From Fidelibacterota bacterium (GTDB lineage Bacteria; Fidelibacterota; Marinisomatia; Marinisomatales; Marinisomataceae), in NCBI GenBank assembly GCA_965212055.1, contig OZ243041.1:640001-704000 (forward strand): a DNA stretch of 64,000 bases, in the 5' to 3' direction. Position 1 is the first letter of the stretch, and the number at the start of each line of letters is the position of its first letter. Shown here piece by piece: positions 39,817-49,521 of the stretch. The notes beneath the pieces are model-generated. The model worked only from the letters and a program-made list of their open reading frames with translations, searched no databases and was not told the origin of the DNA. The position numbers and the translations under genes were made by a program.

Positions 39817-40938
39817 ATGAACATTGGTGTATTAAAAGAAACAAAATCGCTTGAAAAAAGAGTGGCTATTATTCCTTCTACGGTTAGCGATTTAACAAAA
39901 AAAGGTTACTCGTTTTGCGTAGAAAAAGATGCTGGCAATCTTTCACATTATTCAAACCAATCATTTATCGATGCTGGCGCTAAATTGGTAGAAAAAAATG
40001 ATGTATTTAATTGTGATATAATTGTAAAAGTTAATACCCCAACTGAAGATGAAATGCGTTCATTAAATTCAAATTCTTTGCTGATTTCATTATTTCAAAC
40101 AATTAAAGATATTGATTTAGTCAAAACACTAAAAGAAAAACAAGCTTCAGCTTTTTCGTTAAATCTACTTCCAAGAACTACTCTAGCTCAAAAAATGGAT
40201 GTTTTAAGTTCTCAAGCTAGTATTGCTGGTTATAAAGCAGTATTGATTGGAGCAAACCATATTGGAAAATATATGCCTTTATTGATGACACCTGCTGGAA
40301 CAATTTCTCCAGCAAGAACATTGGTAATTGGAGCCGGAGTTGCCGGATTACAAGCAATTGCAACTTCAAAAAGACTTGGATCAAAAGTAGAAGCATTTGA
40401 CGTAAGGCCAGAAGTAAAAGAACAGGTAGAAAGCTTGGGAGCAAAATTTGTAGAAGTAGAAAATGATGGTGGAGATGGAGTAGGTTCAGGTGGATATGCT
40501 AAAGAAACAAGCGAAGAGTATAAAAAACGTCAACAAGAAGTAATGAAAGAAAAAATTGCCAAATCTGACTTAGTTATTACAACAGCATTGGTTCCAAATA
40601 AACCTGCACCAACGCTAATTCCTACCAGCATGGTTGATTTAATGCAACCAGGATCTGTTATTATGGATTTAGCTGCTGAAAATGGAGGAAATTGTGAATT
40701 AACAACAACAGATGAAGTTGTTCATCACAACGGTATACTAATTGATGGAAATAGTAACTTTCCAAGCACTATGGCAACACATGCTAGCCAACTTTTCTCA
40801 AAAAATATTCAAGCTATTATTGAACATTGCCATACTGAAAATGGGTTTGAGCTTAATAAAGAAGATGAAATCATTGATGGAATGCTTTTTATCGAAAAAG
40901 GTGAAGTCAGACATGAACCAACCAAAGAGGCACTATAA
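39817..40938 (+). CDS. pntA: NAD(P) transhydrogenase alpha subunit part 1
   Basis: EKRVA, DVLSSQ, GAGVAGLQA, GGYAKE, GGNC. Confidence 0.95.
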   Translation: MNIGVLKETKSLEKRVAIIPSTVSDLTKKGYSFCVEKDAGNLSHYSNQSFIDAGAKLVEKNDVFNCDIIVKVNTPTEDEMRSLNSNSLLISLFQTIKDIDLVKTLKEKQASAFSLNLLPRTTLAQKMDVLSSQASIAGYKAVLIGANHIGKYMPLLMTPAGTISPARTLVIGAGVAGLQAIATSKRLGSKVEAFDVRPEVKEQVESLGAKFVEVENDGGDGVGSGGYAKETSEEYKKRQQEVMKEKIAKSDLVITTALVPNKPAPTLIPTSMVDLMQPGSVIMDLAAENGGNCELTTTDEVVHHNGILIDGNSNFPSTMATHASQLFSKNIQAIIEHCHTENGFELNKEDEIIDGMLFIEKGEVRHEPTKEAL

Positions 40939-41219
40939 TGTTAGATCCAGGAACAATTAATTTATTAACAATTTTTATATTAGCAATCTTTGTTGGTAAT
41001 GAAGTGATTTCAAAAGTTCCACCAACTCTTCATACCCCTTTAATGTCTGGTTCTAATGCTATTTCAGGAATTGCGGTTGTCGGAGCAATACTTGCAATAC
41101 AGACAGAAGGCACATTAGGCACTTATCTTGGCTTAGCCGCATTAATTTTTGCAACTATTAATGTTGTAGGTGGATTTTTAGTAACTGATAGAATGTTAAG
41201 GATGTTTAAGAAAAAATGA
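40938..41219 (+). CDS. NAD(P) transhydrogenase alpha subunit part 2
   Basis: VPPTLHTPLMSGSNAISG; GGFLVTDRMLRMF. Confidence 0.95.
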   Translation: MLDPGTINLLTIFILAIFVGNEVISKVPPTLHTPLMSGSNAISGIAVVGAILAIQTEGTLGTYLGLAALIFATINVVGGFLVTDRMLRMFKKK

Positions 41220-42568
41220 ATTTATTTTATCTCATAGCAGCAGTATGTTTTATTATTGGGCTTAAACGTCTATCTCATCCAAAAACAGCACGCAGTGGAA
41301 ATTTTATCGCAGCTATTGGAATGTTGGTAGCAATTGCAGCAACACTATTCTCTTCAGGAAAACTAGACTTAGAATTAATCGCTATAGGGTTTATCATTGG
41401 TGGTAGTATTGGTGCATTATTTGCTACACGAATCCAAATGACAGAAATGCCACAAATGGTAGCTATTTTTAATGGATTTGGTGGTGGCGCATCAGCATTG
41501 GTTGCATCTTCAACATTTCTTACTTCACCTGAAAGTAAGTTTTTGATTGTATGTATTAGTGTATTAATTGGGACTTTAACATTTTCTGGAAGTTTTATTG
41601 CATTTGGTAAACTACAAGGTTTTATATCAGGAAAACCAATTGTCTTCAAAGGACAACAATTTCTTAATGCCTTAGCTTTCAGTGCAATTATCATCCTATT
41701 ATCTATTAATAATCTAGGAATTCTTGATAGCCAATCAATATTCTATGCTGTGGTAGCATTGTCTTTCATATTAGGTATTGGTTTAGTTGTTCCAATTGGT
41801 GGCGCAGATATGCCTGTTGTGATTTCATTACTTAATTCTTATTCAGGAATAGCAGCAACTGCAACAGGATTTTTAATTGGGAATAACGGGTTAATTATTA
41901 GTGGATCTTTAGTGGGTGCTTCAGGACTGATTTTAACCAATATTATGTGTAAAGGCATGAATCGTTCTTTAGCGAATGTTATTTTTGGAGCGGTCGGACT
42001 AGAAGTAGCAAGCGGTGATGGTAGCCAGAAGGAAATGAATATTAAAAGTTATTCTACTACTGAAGCAGCAATGATTCTTGATTCCGCTGAAAAAATTATT
42101 ATTGTTCCAGGTTATGGACTTGCGGTTGCAAAAGCACAACATGTTGCAAGAGAAGTTGCTGATACTTTAGAAGCGCAAGGCAAAAAAGTTCTGTATGGAA
42201 TTCATCCAGTGGCTGGAAGAATGCCAGGTCATATGAATGTACTATTAGCTGAAGCTGATGTTTCTTATGATTTATTAAAAGATTTAGATGAAATCAACCC
42301 AGAATTTGAGGATTGTGATGTTGCCTTAATTCTTGGTGCAAATGATGTAGTTAATCCAGCAGCAAGGCACGATCAATCTAGCCCTATTTATGGAATGCCT
42401 ATCCTTGATGTCGATAAATCTCGTACGGTAATTATCAACAAAAGAAGTATGAATCCTGGATTCGCTGGCATACAAAATGAATTGTTCGGATATGATAATT
42501 CTATCATGGTATTTGGCGATGCTAAAGACATGCTCAATGACCTTCTAAAAGAAATCAAAGAATTATAG
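41216..42568 (+). CDS. pntB: NAD(P) transhydrogenase beta subunit
   Basis: GGADMPVVISLLNSYSG; HPVAGRMPGHMNVLLAEA; GANDVVNPAA. Confidence 0.96.
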   Translation: MNLFYLIAAVCFIIGLKRLSHPKTARSGNFIAAIGMLVAIAATLFSSGKLDLELIAIGFIIGGSIGALFATRIQMTEMPQMVAIFNGFGGGASALVASSTFLTSPESKFLIVCISVLIGTLTFSGSFIAFGKLQGFISGKPIVFKGQQFLNALAFSAIIILLSINNLGILDSQSIFYAVVALSFILGIGLVVPIGGADMPVVISLLNSYSGIAATATGFLIGNNGLIISGSLVGASGLILTNIMCKGMNRSLANVIFGAVGLEVASGDGSQKEMNIKSYSTTEAAMILDSAEKIIIVPGYGLAVAKAQHVAREVADTLEAQGKKVLYGIHPVAGRMPGHMNVLLAEADVSYDLLKDLDEINPEFEDCDVALILGANDVVNPAARHDQSSPIYGMPILDVDKSRTVIINKRSMNPGFAGIQNELFGYDNSIMVFGDAKDMLNDLLKEIKEL

Positions 42569-42582
42569 AGAAAAAATAAATA

Positions 42583-43596
42583 ATGGAATATAAGAATACA
42601 CAATTACTTTTGAACAAAAGACCAAAAGGAATGCCAGAAGATGATTGTTGGAAGCTCAATAATGAAGTAATAACATCTTTAGAAGATAATGAAATTCTTA
42701 TTGAAGTTAAGTACCTATCAATTGATCCATACATGAGAGGTCGAATGAATGATGGCGCTTCATATGCCGAACCAGCTAAAATTGGAGAACCTATGACAGG
42801 TGAAACTGTTGGTGTTGTCGTTGAAACTAATTCTAGTTTATATGCGATTGGTGATAAAGTATGTGCTCATAAAGGTTGGCAAACATATGTAAAAACAAAA
42901 GATACTTATCCTGCTTTATTTAAAGTGCCTGAATCTAATATACCGTTATCTACTTATTTAGGAACAGTAGGAATGCCTGGAAGGACTGCTTACTTTGGTC
43001 TAAATAGAGTTGGAAAACCTAAGTCTGGAGAGACTTTAGTTGTTTCAGCTGCATCAGGAGCCGTAGGAACTGTTGTTGGGCAGCTTGCAAAGTCTTATGG
43101 ATGTCATGTAGTTGGCATAGCTGGTGGTCCAGAAAAATGTTCTTATGTAAAAGATATTCTGAAATTTGATGAATGTGTTGATTATAAGGCAGGCAATTTA
43201 GAAGAAGATCTTAAAAATGCTTGTGAAAAAGGCATAGACATTTATTTTGAAAATGTTGGTGGAGCAGTAACTAGAGCAGTTGCCCCTCTTCTAAATGAGG
43301 GAGCAAGGGTTCCAATTTGTGGGTTTATATCTCAATATAATGCCGAAGATATGTCTAAAACGGAAACACCGTTTCATGTTTTAGGTGCACTTGATCCGAA
43401 ACCTGAACACAGATTCTTTGTTGTGACTGAATGGTTCGATGAATGGGAAAAAGCAACCAATGAAATATCTAAATTGATTTTAGAAGAAAAATTATTTTAT
43501 AAAGAAACTATTACAAAAGGTTTTGAAAATGCTCCTCAGGCTTTAAGAGATGTTTTAACAGGTAAAAATTTTGGAAAACAACTTATAGAAATTTAA
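42583..43596 (+). CDS. NADP-dependent oxidoreductase (CurA/prostaglandin reductase-like MDR)
   Basis: LSIDPYMR, GMPGRTAYFGL, SAASGAVG, FENVGG, GKNFGK. Confidence 0.9.
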   Translation: MEYKNTQLLLNKRPKGMPEDDCWKLNNEVITSLEDNEILIEVKYLSIDPYMRGRMNDGASYAEPAKIGEPMTGETVGVVVETNSSLYAIGDKVCAHKGWQTYVKTKDTYPALFKVPESNIPLSTYLGTVGMPGRTAYFGLNRVGKPKSGETLVVSAASGAVGTVVGQLAKSYGCHVVGIAGGPEKCSYVKDILKFDECVDYKAGNLEEDLKNACEKGIDIYFENVGGAVTRAVAPLLNEGARVPICGFISQYNAEDMSKTETPFHVLGALDPKPEHRFFVVTEWFDEWEKATNEISKLILEEKLFYKETITKGFENAPQALRDVLTGKNFGKQLIEI

Positions 43597-43603
43597 TTGA
43601 ACA

Positions 43604-44095
43604 ATGTCATTACCCACCTTATACGAACTCGCGGACGAATTTAAAGATGCATTAGAAAATCTAACTGAACTTGATGATCAAGCAGTTGTAGATACATTGG
43701 AATCATTGGAAGGTGAATTCAAGCTCAAAAGTACAAATGTAGCTAAATATATTAGAAATCTAGAACATACCCTTGAAGGCATCAAAGAAGTGGAATCAAA
43801 AATGCATCAGAAAAGAGCTTCACTAGAGAAAAAAATTGGGCATATGCGTGAATATTTAAGGCACAATTTGGAAAAAAGCGGAGTCAAAAAGATTGATAGT
43901 CCTGAAATCAGTATTGCTATTCAAAAAAATCCATATAAAGTAGTCATTACTAATGAAAAAGAGATTCCAGCAGAGTTTGTTGATAGCAAGGCAACAGAAA
44001 CCATTAATAAAGAAAAACTAAAAGAAGCTCTAAAAAGTGGTATAGAAATTCCTGGATGTGAGCTCGTACAAGAAAATCGACTCACAATCAAATAG
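43604..44095 (+). CDS. Siphovirus Gp157-family protein
   Basis: TLYEL N-terminus, DTLESLEGEF, coiled coil, I.IQKNP.KV.I.NE..IPAEF, INKEKLKEALKSG.EIPG.ELVQ...L.IK. Confidence 0.85.
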   Translation: MSLPTLYELADEFKDALENLTELDDQAVVDTLESLEGEFKLKSTNVAKYIRNLEHTLEGIKEVESKMHQKRASLEKKIGHMREYLRHNLEKSGVKKIDSPEISIAIQKNPYKVVITNEKEIPAEFVDSKATETINKEKLKEALKSGIEIPGCELVQENRLTIK

Positions 44096-44096
44096 C

Positions 44097-44696
44097 ATGC
44101 TAAACTATCTTATCAGAAAAAGAATACTGTTATCAAGAATATTTGGTTTTTCTATGATACCTATCATTCTTCTGAGTGATAATTTCAGTATTTATACTCT
44201 AGATATTACCAAGATGCAATCAGTAGGATTGAGTATAATTGGATTTACTCTTGTAATAATTGGAGGCTTTGGAAGGTTATGGGCATCTTTATATGTTGAG
44301 GGATTTAAAACAAAAACCTTAATTAAAGAAGGTCCATATTCTATGGTAAGAAATCCATTATATTTCTTCAACTTCTTTACGTTATTAGGGTTTTGCTGTG
44401 TGGTAAAGTCTATTCCGGTTGCAATTGCGCTTTTAATTACTTTTTCCCTATTGCACATTCCAGCTATTATAAATGAAGAGAGAAAACTATTATCACGACA
44501 CGATGATCGATATAAAAATTACTACAATAGTACACCAAGACTAATTCCAAATCCTTTTAAATACAGAAAAACAAAATCAACAGATAGAATTGAAGTAAAG
44601 ATTAAGAGAATTAATAATGTGATATGGGAAATAGTAGGCTATATATTCTTATATACAGTAATAGATTTAGTTCATTTTTATCAGATTTTTCAGTAA
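44097..44696 (+). CDS. Isoprenylcysteine carboxyl methyltransferase/PEMT-family membrane protein
   Basis: LIKEGPYSMVRNPLY; EE..L...Y..Y...TPR. Start moved to ATG 44097. Confidence 0.85.
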   Translation: MLNYLIRKRILLSRIFGFSMIPIILLSDNFSIYTLDITKMQSVGLSIIGFTLVIIGGFGRLWASLYVEGFKTKTLIKEGPYSMVRNPLYFFNFFTLLGFCCVVKSIPVAIALLITFSLLHIPAIINEERKLLSRHDDRYKNYYNSTPRLIPNPFKYRKTKSTDRIEVKIKRINNVIWEIVGYIFLYTVIDLVHFYQIFQ

Positions 44697-45530
44697 TTCT
44701 ATATGCTTAGGATTAGATCCACAACACCCACCTACTACAGTAGCACCTAACTTTACTGCATTTTTGGTTAAATCGATAAATTCAGCATCCGAGTGATAAT
44801 CTTTAATAATACCATCTGGAGAAGGCTCTCCAACGCCAAGATTGGGATAAATACCCCATTTACCAGAGCAATAACGTGCAAGAGTCTCTAACGCACTGAA
44901 TGTACGATTTAAGGGATTACAGTTTAACAAAACACAATCAACAGAAAATTTATCTACCATTTTGATTGCATCTTTCAACGATTCACCAGATTGAATATGG
45001 TCTGAGTCTAAAAGATTAAAGCTAACCCATATAGGAAGTTTATATTTTTCCACAACATCTAAACAAGTTTTTGTTTCAAGAATATTATTCATGGTTTCCA
45101 GTAAAAAAATATCAATTCTTTCATCTGCTAGCCATTCTGCAATCACTGAAAATTCTTTTGTAGCTAAATCTGCACCGGGAAAAAGATCAGGAGAATAACA
45201 ATCTTCCAAAGGAGCAATCGATCCTAATATTTTTATGCTATCATTACTTGCTTTTCTAGCCATCTGAACTGCATTGTGCATTGAAATCTTAGCAGTGCTA
45301 TATGCTTCTTTATATGATAATCCTGTTTTTTGGTATGCTCTTGGCGTAGTTCGAAAAGTATTAGTTGTAAGATAGTCTACACCAGCAGTGACATATTCTT
45401 GATGAATACCATATAGTAAATCTGGATTTGTCAGATTAACATCTGCAGACCAAGTATGGGGTGGTAATATTTCTCCTCTACGGATAAATTCTGACCCCAT
45501 AGCTCCATCTAAAAGCTTAAGGTCGGTCAT
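44667..45530 (-). CDS. Stand-alone homocysteine S-methyltransferase-family protein
   Basis: LLDGAMGS, TTNTF, ETM, and NC / GGCCG Zn ligands. Confidence 0.9.
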   Translation of the reverse strand: MTDLKLLDGAMGSEFIRRGEILPPHTWSADVNLTNPDLLYGIHQEYVTAGVDYLTTNTFRTTPRAYQKTGLSYKEAYSTAKISMHNAVQMARKASNDSIKILGSIAPLEDCYSPDLFPGADLATKEFSVIAEWLADERIDIFLLETMNNILETKTCLDVVEKYKLPIWVSFNLLDSDHIQSGESLKDAIKMVDKFSVDCVLLNCNPLNRTFSALETLARYCSGKWGIYPNLGVGEPSPDGIIKDYHSDAEFIDLTKNAVKLGATVVGGCCGSNPKHIELLKNLIKMN

Positions 45531-45535
45531 AATAA

Positions 45536-47629
45536 CTACTCTTTATTCTCTGTATTTTGGGCTGCTTTTGCAGCGGCTACAACTTTTGTTTCCATATCAC
45601 GTGGAACTTCTTCATAATGACTAAATTCTTCAGAATGTATTCCTCGTCCACCAGTCAAAGAACGGAGAGCAGTAGAATATTGATACATTTCTGATTGTGG
45701 CGCTTGAGCCCTTATTAATTGAGATTCCCCTTCTGCATCCATACCTATAATCTTTCCTCTGCGACTAGACATATCTCCCATCACATCTCCCATAAAATTA
45801 TCGGGTACTCTGATTTCGATATTCAAAATAGGTTCAAGTAAACATGGTTGAGCATCCATAAACGCTTCTCGAAACGCCTGCTTTCCTGCCATCTGGAATG
45901 CAATATCTTTAGAATCTACTGGATGTTGTTTTCCATCATAAAAATCGACTTTAAGATCTACCACACGATATCCAGCTAAAACTCCATCAGTACAAGCAAA
46001 ATTAACACCTTTCTCTACAGAAGGAACGAATACACGATCTACGCTCTGCCCAACAAGAGAATGAGTAAATTCAATTCCCTCACCTCTTGGCTTACTCTCA
46101 ACACGCATCCATACTTCAGCAAATTGTCCTGCACCACCACTTTGTTTTTTATGACGATATTTTGAAGATCCTTTTCCTCGAATTGTTTCACGGTAAGGAA
46201 TACGTGGCTTAAATGTTTCCACATCTACATTAAATTTTCGTTTTAAACGATCAATTGATACTTGAAGATGGAGTTCACCTTGGCCTGAAAGTACCGTTTG
46301 ATGAAGTTCAGAGTCTACTCTATAAATAAATGTTGGATCTTCTTCATGAATTGTAGATAAACCCATGGCAATTCTTTCTTCATCCCCTTTTGATCTTGAT
46401 CGTATTCCTAAATGGATATTAGAGTTAGGAAGTTTAACCGAAGACAATTTAACTTTATTACTCGGTCCTGTTAATGTATTGCCTGTATGAGTATCTTTTA
46501 ATTTTACAACTGCTCCAATATCACCTGCATTCAAACTTGGAACACTGGTTCGATCTTTTCCATTCATTAAAAACATTTGTCCAAAACGTTCTGAATTGCC
46601 TCGTGTTGTATTGTGAAGATCCATCCCAGTAGATACAGAACCAGAATAAACCCTAAAAAATGAAAGTTCACCAACATGAGCTTCACTTATTGTTTTAAAA
46701 ACATGAACAACAGGCGCACTACCATCCAATGCCACATCAATAGTTTCCTCAGAATTAACATTTTCTGCCTGAACTGTAGCACGATCAACTGGAGAAGATC
46801 CATATTTAGATATAAAATCCATAAGTCTCGCTACACCAATATTTTCAGTTGCTGCCGTACAAAATACAGGTATAAAAACCTGATTTTGTATTGCACGATG
46901 TAGTCCTTCTCTCATTTCTTCTTCAGATAAACCTCCTTCTTCGAAAAATTTTTCTAGAAGTGTGTCATCTGATTCTGCTACATATTCGATTAACTCTTCG
47001 TGTAATCCTTTAATTTTTTCTTGCCATTCTTCTGGTAATTCTTCTTCAGAATATTTTCCGCTTCCATCTGTACTATAAGTAATTAATTCGCTCCTTAACA
47101 CATCAACAACCTGATTAAATCCAGGACCAGCATTGACCGGTAGTTGTAAAGGAAACACATTAGAACCAAAATTACTTTTTGCTTGCTGTAAAATCTGATC
47201 AAATTGGGTATGCTCTCTATCTAAACCATTAACTACTATAATTTTTGGTAATTTATAATTGCTAGCATAATTCCATACCTGCTCTGTCCCAACCTCAATA
47301 CCATTTACCGCATGAACTACAACAACTGCAGCATCAACTACTGCTAAGGAAGATATTGCTTCTCCAATAAAATCAAGGTATCCAGGAGTATCTATTAAAT
47401 TAAATTTTATATCATCCCACTCTAAATGAAGGGGTGAAGAATGAATTGAAATCTGACGTTGATGTTCATCGTGATGATAATCAGAAACAGTAGTTCCTGA
47501 TTCAATTGATCCGATTCGGTTAATTTTTCCACTTCGAGAAAGCATTGCCTCTGAGAGCGTTGTTTTTCCTGAACCACCATGCCCAACAACGGCAAAGTTA
47601 CGAATGTCTTTGGCTGCGTAATTTTTCAT
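45536..47629 (-). CDS. fusA: Elongation factor G paralog (EF-G2-like)
   Basis: Five-domain EF-G (PYRETI, KKQSGGAGQFA, HPVDS, LLEP) with non-canonical GHGGSGKT, RQISI, DTPGY and NGLD. Confidence 0.9.
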   Translation of the reverse strand: MKNYAAKDIRNFAVVGHGGSGKTTLSEAMLSRSGKINRIGSIESGTTVSDYHHDEHQRQISIHSSPLHLEWDDIKFNLIDTPGYLDFIGEAISSLAVVDAAVVVVHAVNGIEVGTEQVWNYASNYKLPKIIVVNGLDREHTQFDQILQQAKSNFGSNVFPLQLPVNAGPGFNQVVDVLRSELITYSTDGSGKYSEEELPEEWQEKIKGLHEELIEYVAESDDTLLEKFFEEGGLSEEEMREGLHRAIQNQVFIPVFCTAATENIGVARLMDFISKYGSSPVDRATVQAENVNSEETIDVALDGSAPVVHVFKTISEAHVGELSFFRVYSGSVSTGMDLHNTTRGNSERFGQMFLMNGKDRTSVPSLNAGDIGAVVKLKDTHTGNTLTGPSNKVKLSSVKLPNSNIHLGIRSRSKGDEERIAMGLSTIHEEDPTFIYRVDSELHQTVLSGQGELHLQVSIDRLKRKFNVDVETFKPRIPYRETIRGKGSSKYRHKKQSGGAGQFAEVWMRVESKPRGEGIEFTHSLVGQSVDRVFVPSVEKGVNFACTDGVLAGYRVVDLKVDFYDGKQHPVDSKDIAFQMAGKQAFREAFMDAQPCLLEPILNIEIRVPDNFMGDVMGDMSSRRGKIIGMDAEGESQLIRAQAPQSEMYQYSTALRSLTGGRGIHSEEFSHYEEVPRDMETKVVAAAKAAQNTENKE

Positions 47630-47630
47630 A

Positions 47631-48620
47631 CTATTCCTCCTTTACAGTATCTTCTGCTTTATCAACTTCAGATGAAGCTATCTTATCAACAATTTTTTCT
47701 AATGCTGTCTTTCTAGGTCCTGTTATCTCGTCAAAAGAACCTTGTGCAGTCTTAAGCTGCTTACTATGTTTATCAAGTTCTGACAACATATTATCCCATT
47801 CAAGCTGAAATTTTTTCATATTATCAATAATTTTATTTGTAGATTTCTCAATCTTGAAATTATCTATTGCCGTTGTAAGAAGATTCAAAATTCCATACAA
47901 TTCAGATGGACCTACAAGTAACATTTTTCTTTTTGAAGCATAATCATATAAATCTTCAAATTCTTCTCTTACAAAATTTAAAACTTGCATATTGGGTATA
48001 AATATCAGCACAAAATTTATACCACCATCATGTTCAATATAATCTTTCTTTGCACCTTCAATTTTTCTTAAAAGAGCTCTAACATTTTCTTTAAAGTTTT
48101 TCTTTGCAATATCTTCTTGAGGCGACTTAGGATCACATTGAATCATTTCATGATAATTATCTAATGGAAATTTTGCATCAAGATGTACATAACCGCCTTT
48201 AGGAAAATAAAATGTAAAATCTGGTCTAGAATCTCCAAATGGTTTTTGTTTATCCCAAGACTTTCCTTCGCCTCCTTCTAATCCTATCCATTCAACAATC
48301 TTTTCAACTACATATTCTCCAAGCGCTCCTCTTGTTTGATTTGTTGTAAAAACTCTTTCAACATTGGTTATTCTTTTAATCATATCTCTATAATTATCTG
48401 TTGAAGATGTAGATGCTTGCTTAGCCGATTCTTTTAATCCGCCTAGAGATTCTAGAACGCTTTTTAGAGTATTGTTGGTATCAGAAAATTTATCTTTTAA
48501 ATCTTCGGAGCTTGAATCTGATACAGCTGTTAATATTTTATTCGAAAAATAAATTATCACAACACCTAAAATTCCTAAGACCAATGTGAGGCCAACTAAG
48601 ATTACTCTAGTTTCTATCAT
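47631..48620 (-). CDS. rmuC: DNA recombination protein RmuC
   Basis: N-terminal TM and coiled coil; RGALGE, RPD, DAKFPL, FIPN, GPS. Confidence 0.85.
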   Translation of the reverse strand: MIETRVILVGLTLVLGILGVVIIYFSNKILTAVSDSSSEDLKDKFSDTNNTLKSVLESLGGLKESAKQASTSSTDNYRDMIKRITNVERVFTTNQTRGALGEYVVEKIVEWIGLEGGEGKSWDKQKPFGDSRPDFTFYFPKGGYVHLDAKFPLDNYHEMIQCDPKSPQEDIAKKNFKENVRALLRKIEGAKKDYIEHDGGINFVLIFIPNMQVLNFVREEFEDLYDYASKRKMLLVGPSELYGILNLLTTAIDNFKIEKSTNKIIDNMKKFQLEWDNMLSELDKHSKQLKTAQGSFDEITGPRKTALEKIVDKIASSEVDKAEDTVKEE

Positions 48621-49330
48621 AATAATTCTTTTTCCTTTAACATATTTACCAAATCATCTTCATGATAATTTACAGTATAAGTTTTATAATTGTCTGCTCT
48701 TAAATGAAAAAGAGTCTGACTGCCAACCTTTAATCCGTAACAATTTTCTAAGATATATCTATAGAATGATAATTGGAGTGAATAGTGTATAAAATTACAA
48801 TCATCTAAGTGTTGAGTAGCATTTAAAATACCTTTTTTATTTCCAAAAGGTTTTTGATTAATGCGTTTATTTGTTTTCCAATCAACCAAATGATATGTAT
48901 CCTGTTTTTTATTATATACTAATACATCGATTGTTCCAGCAACACCCAATTCTTTCGAATAAACAATTACCTCAGAGTAGAATGTATTATCTGGATTCTC
49001 TTGTTTCGTTTTTAACCATCTTGCTCCTACATTAGCTAATTCATGTTTTGGTTCTATCCCTTCTTTAATAAACAATTCTAACTCATTATGTACAATCGTA
49101 CCTCGTTCTGCACCTTTGCGCCATTCTTTTATAACATCATCAAGTGTTCTGTCTATATATTTTGGATGTTCACTAATCAATTTTTTTGCTGTTTTTTCTT
49201 GGTCAAATTTTCGGAAGAATTCATGAATAAACTCAGTTACGCTTGCAAAACGAAATTCAGGATCATCCAATAATTGATAGGTATGAGTTCCATGATCAAG
49301 AGATATGTTATTCGTAAATAGAGAATTCAT
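48617..49330 (-). CDS. PD-(D/E)XK (RecB-like) nuclease
   Basis: RGTIVH, SE, GTIDVL...VDWKT, LQLSFY. Confidence 0.85.
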   Translation of the reverse strand: MNSLFTNNISLDHGTHTYQLLDDPEFRFASVTEFIHEFFRKFDQEKTAKKLISEHPKYIDRTLDDVIKEWRKGAERGTIVHNELELFIKEGIEPKHELANVGARWLKTKQENPDNTFYSEVIVYSKELGVAGTIDVLVYNKKQDTYHLVDWKTNKRINQKPFGNKKGILNATQHLDDCNFIHYSLQLSFYRYILENCYGLKVGSQTLFHLRADNYKTYTVNYHEDDLVNMLKEKELL

Positions 49331-49521
49331 TTTTTTAGCTTATTCACTCTTCTTCTTGTGATACGTCTTTGAATATAGCCTAATGTCCAACTAATCAATA
49401 AAAGAATTGGAATAATTGCCATTTTTGGTCTATCAGAGGTAAGAGTAAAGTAGAGCAATAAACTGGCTGTGAATAGCTGCATATAGAACTGAGTGGTGTT
49501 AATAACTTTAAGCTTATTCAT
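49327..49521 (-). CDS. Small two-TM hypothetical protein
   Basis: Overlaps both neighbours; two hydrophobic helices and a basic tail. Confidence 0.65.
   Translation of the reverse strand: MNKLKVINTTQFYMQLFTASLLLYFTLTSDRPKMAIIPILLLISWTLGYIQRRITRRRVNKLKK

Noticed and set aside
43604..49330. Possible prophage remnant spanning the Gp157-like gene and the nuclease
   Set aside because: Intervening genes are cellular, the two genes are on opposite strands, and no integrase, structural genes or att repeats are visible.
48617..49330. Cas4/CRISPR interpretation of the nuclease
   Set aside because: No four-Cys Fe-S motif, no other cas genes and no repeat-spacer array in the window.
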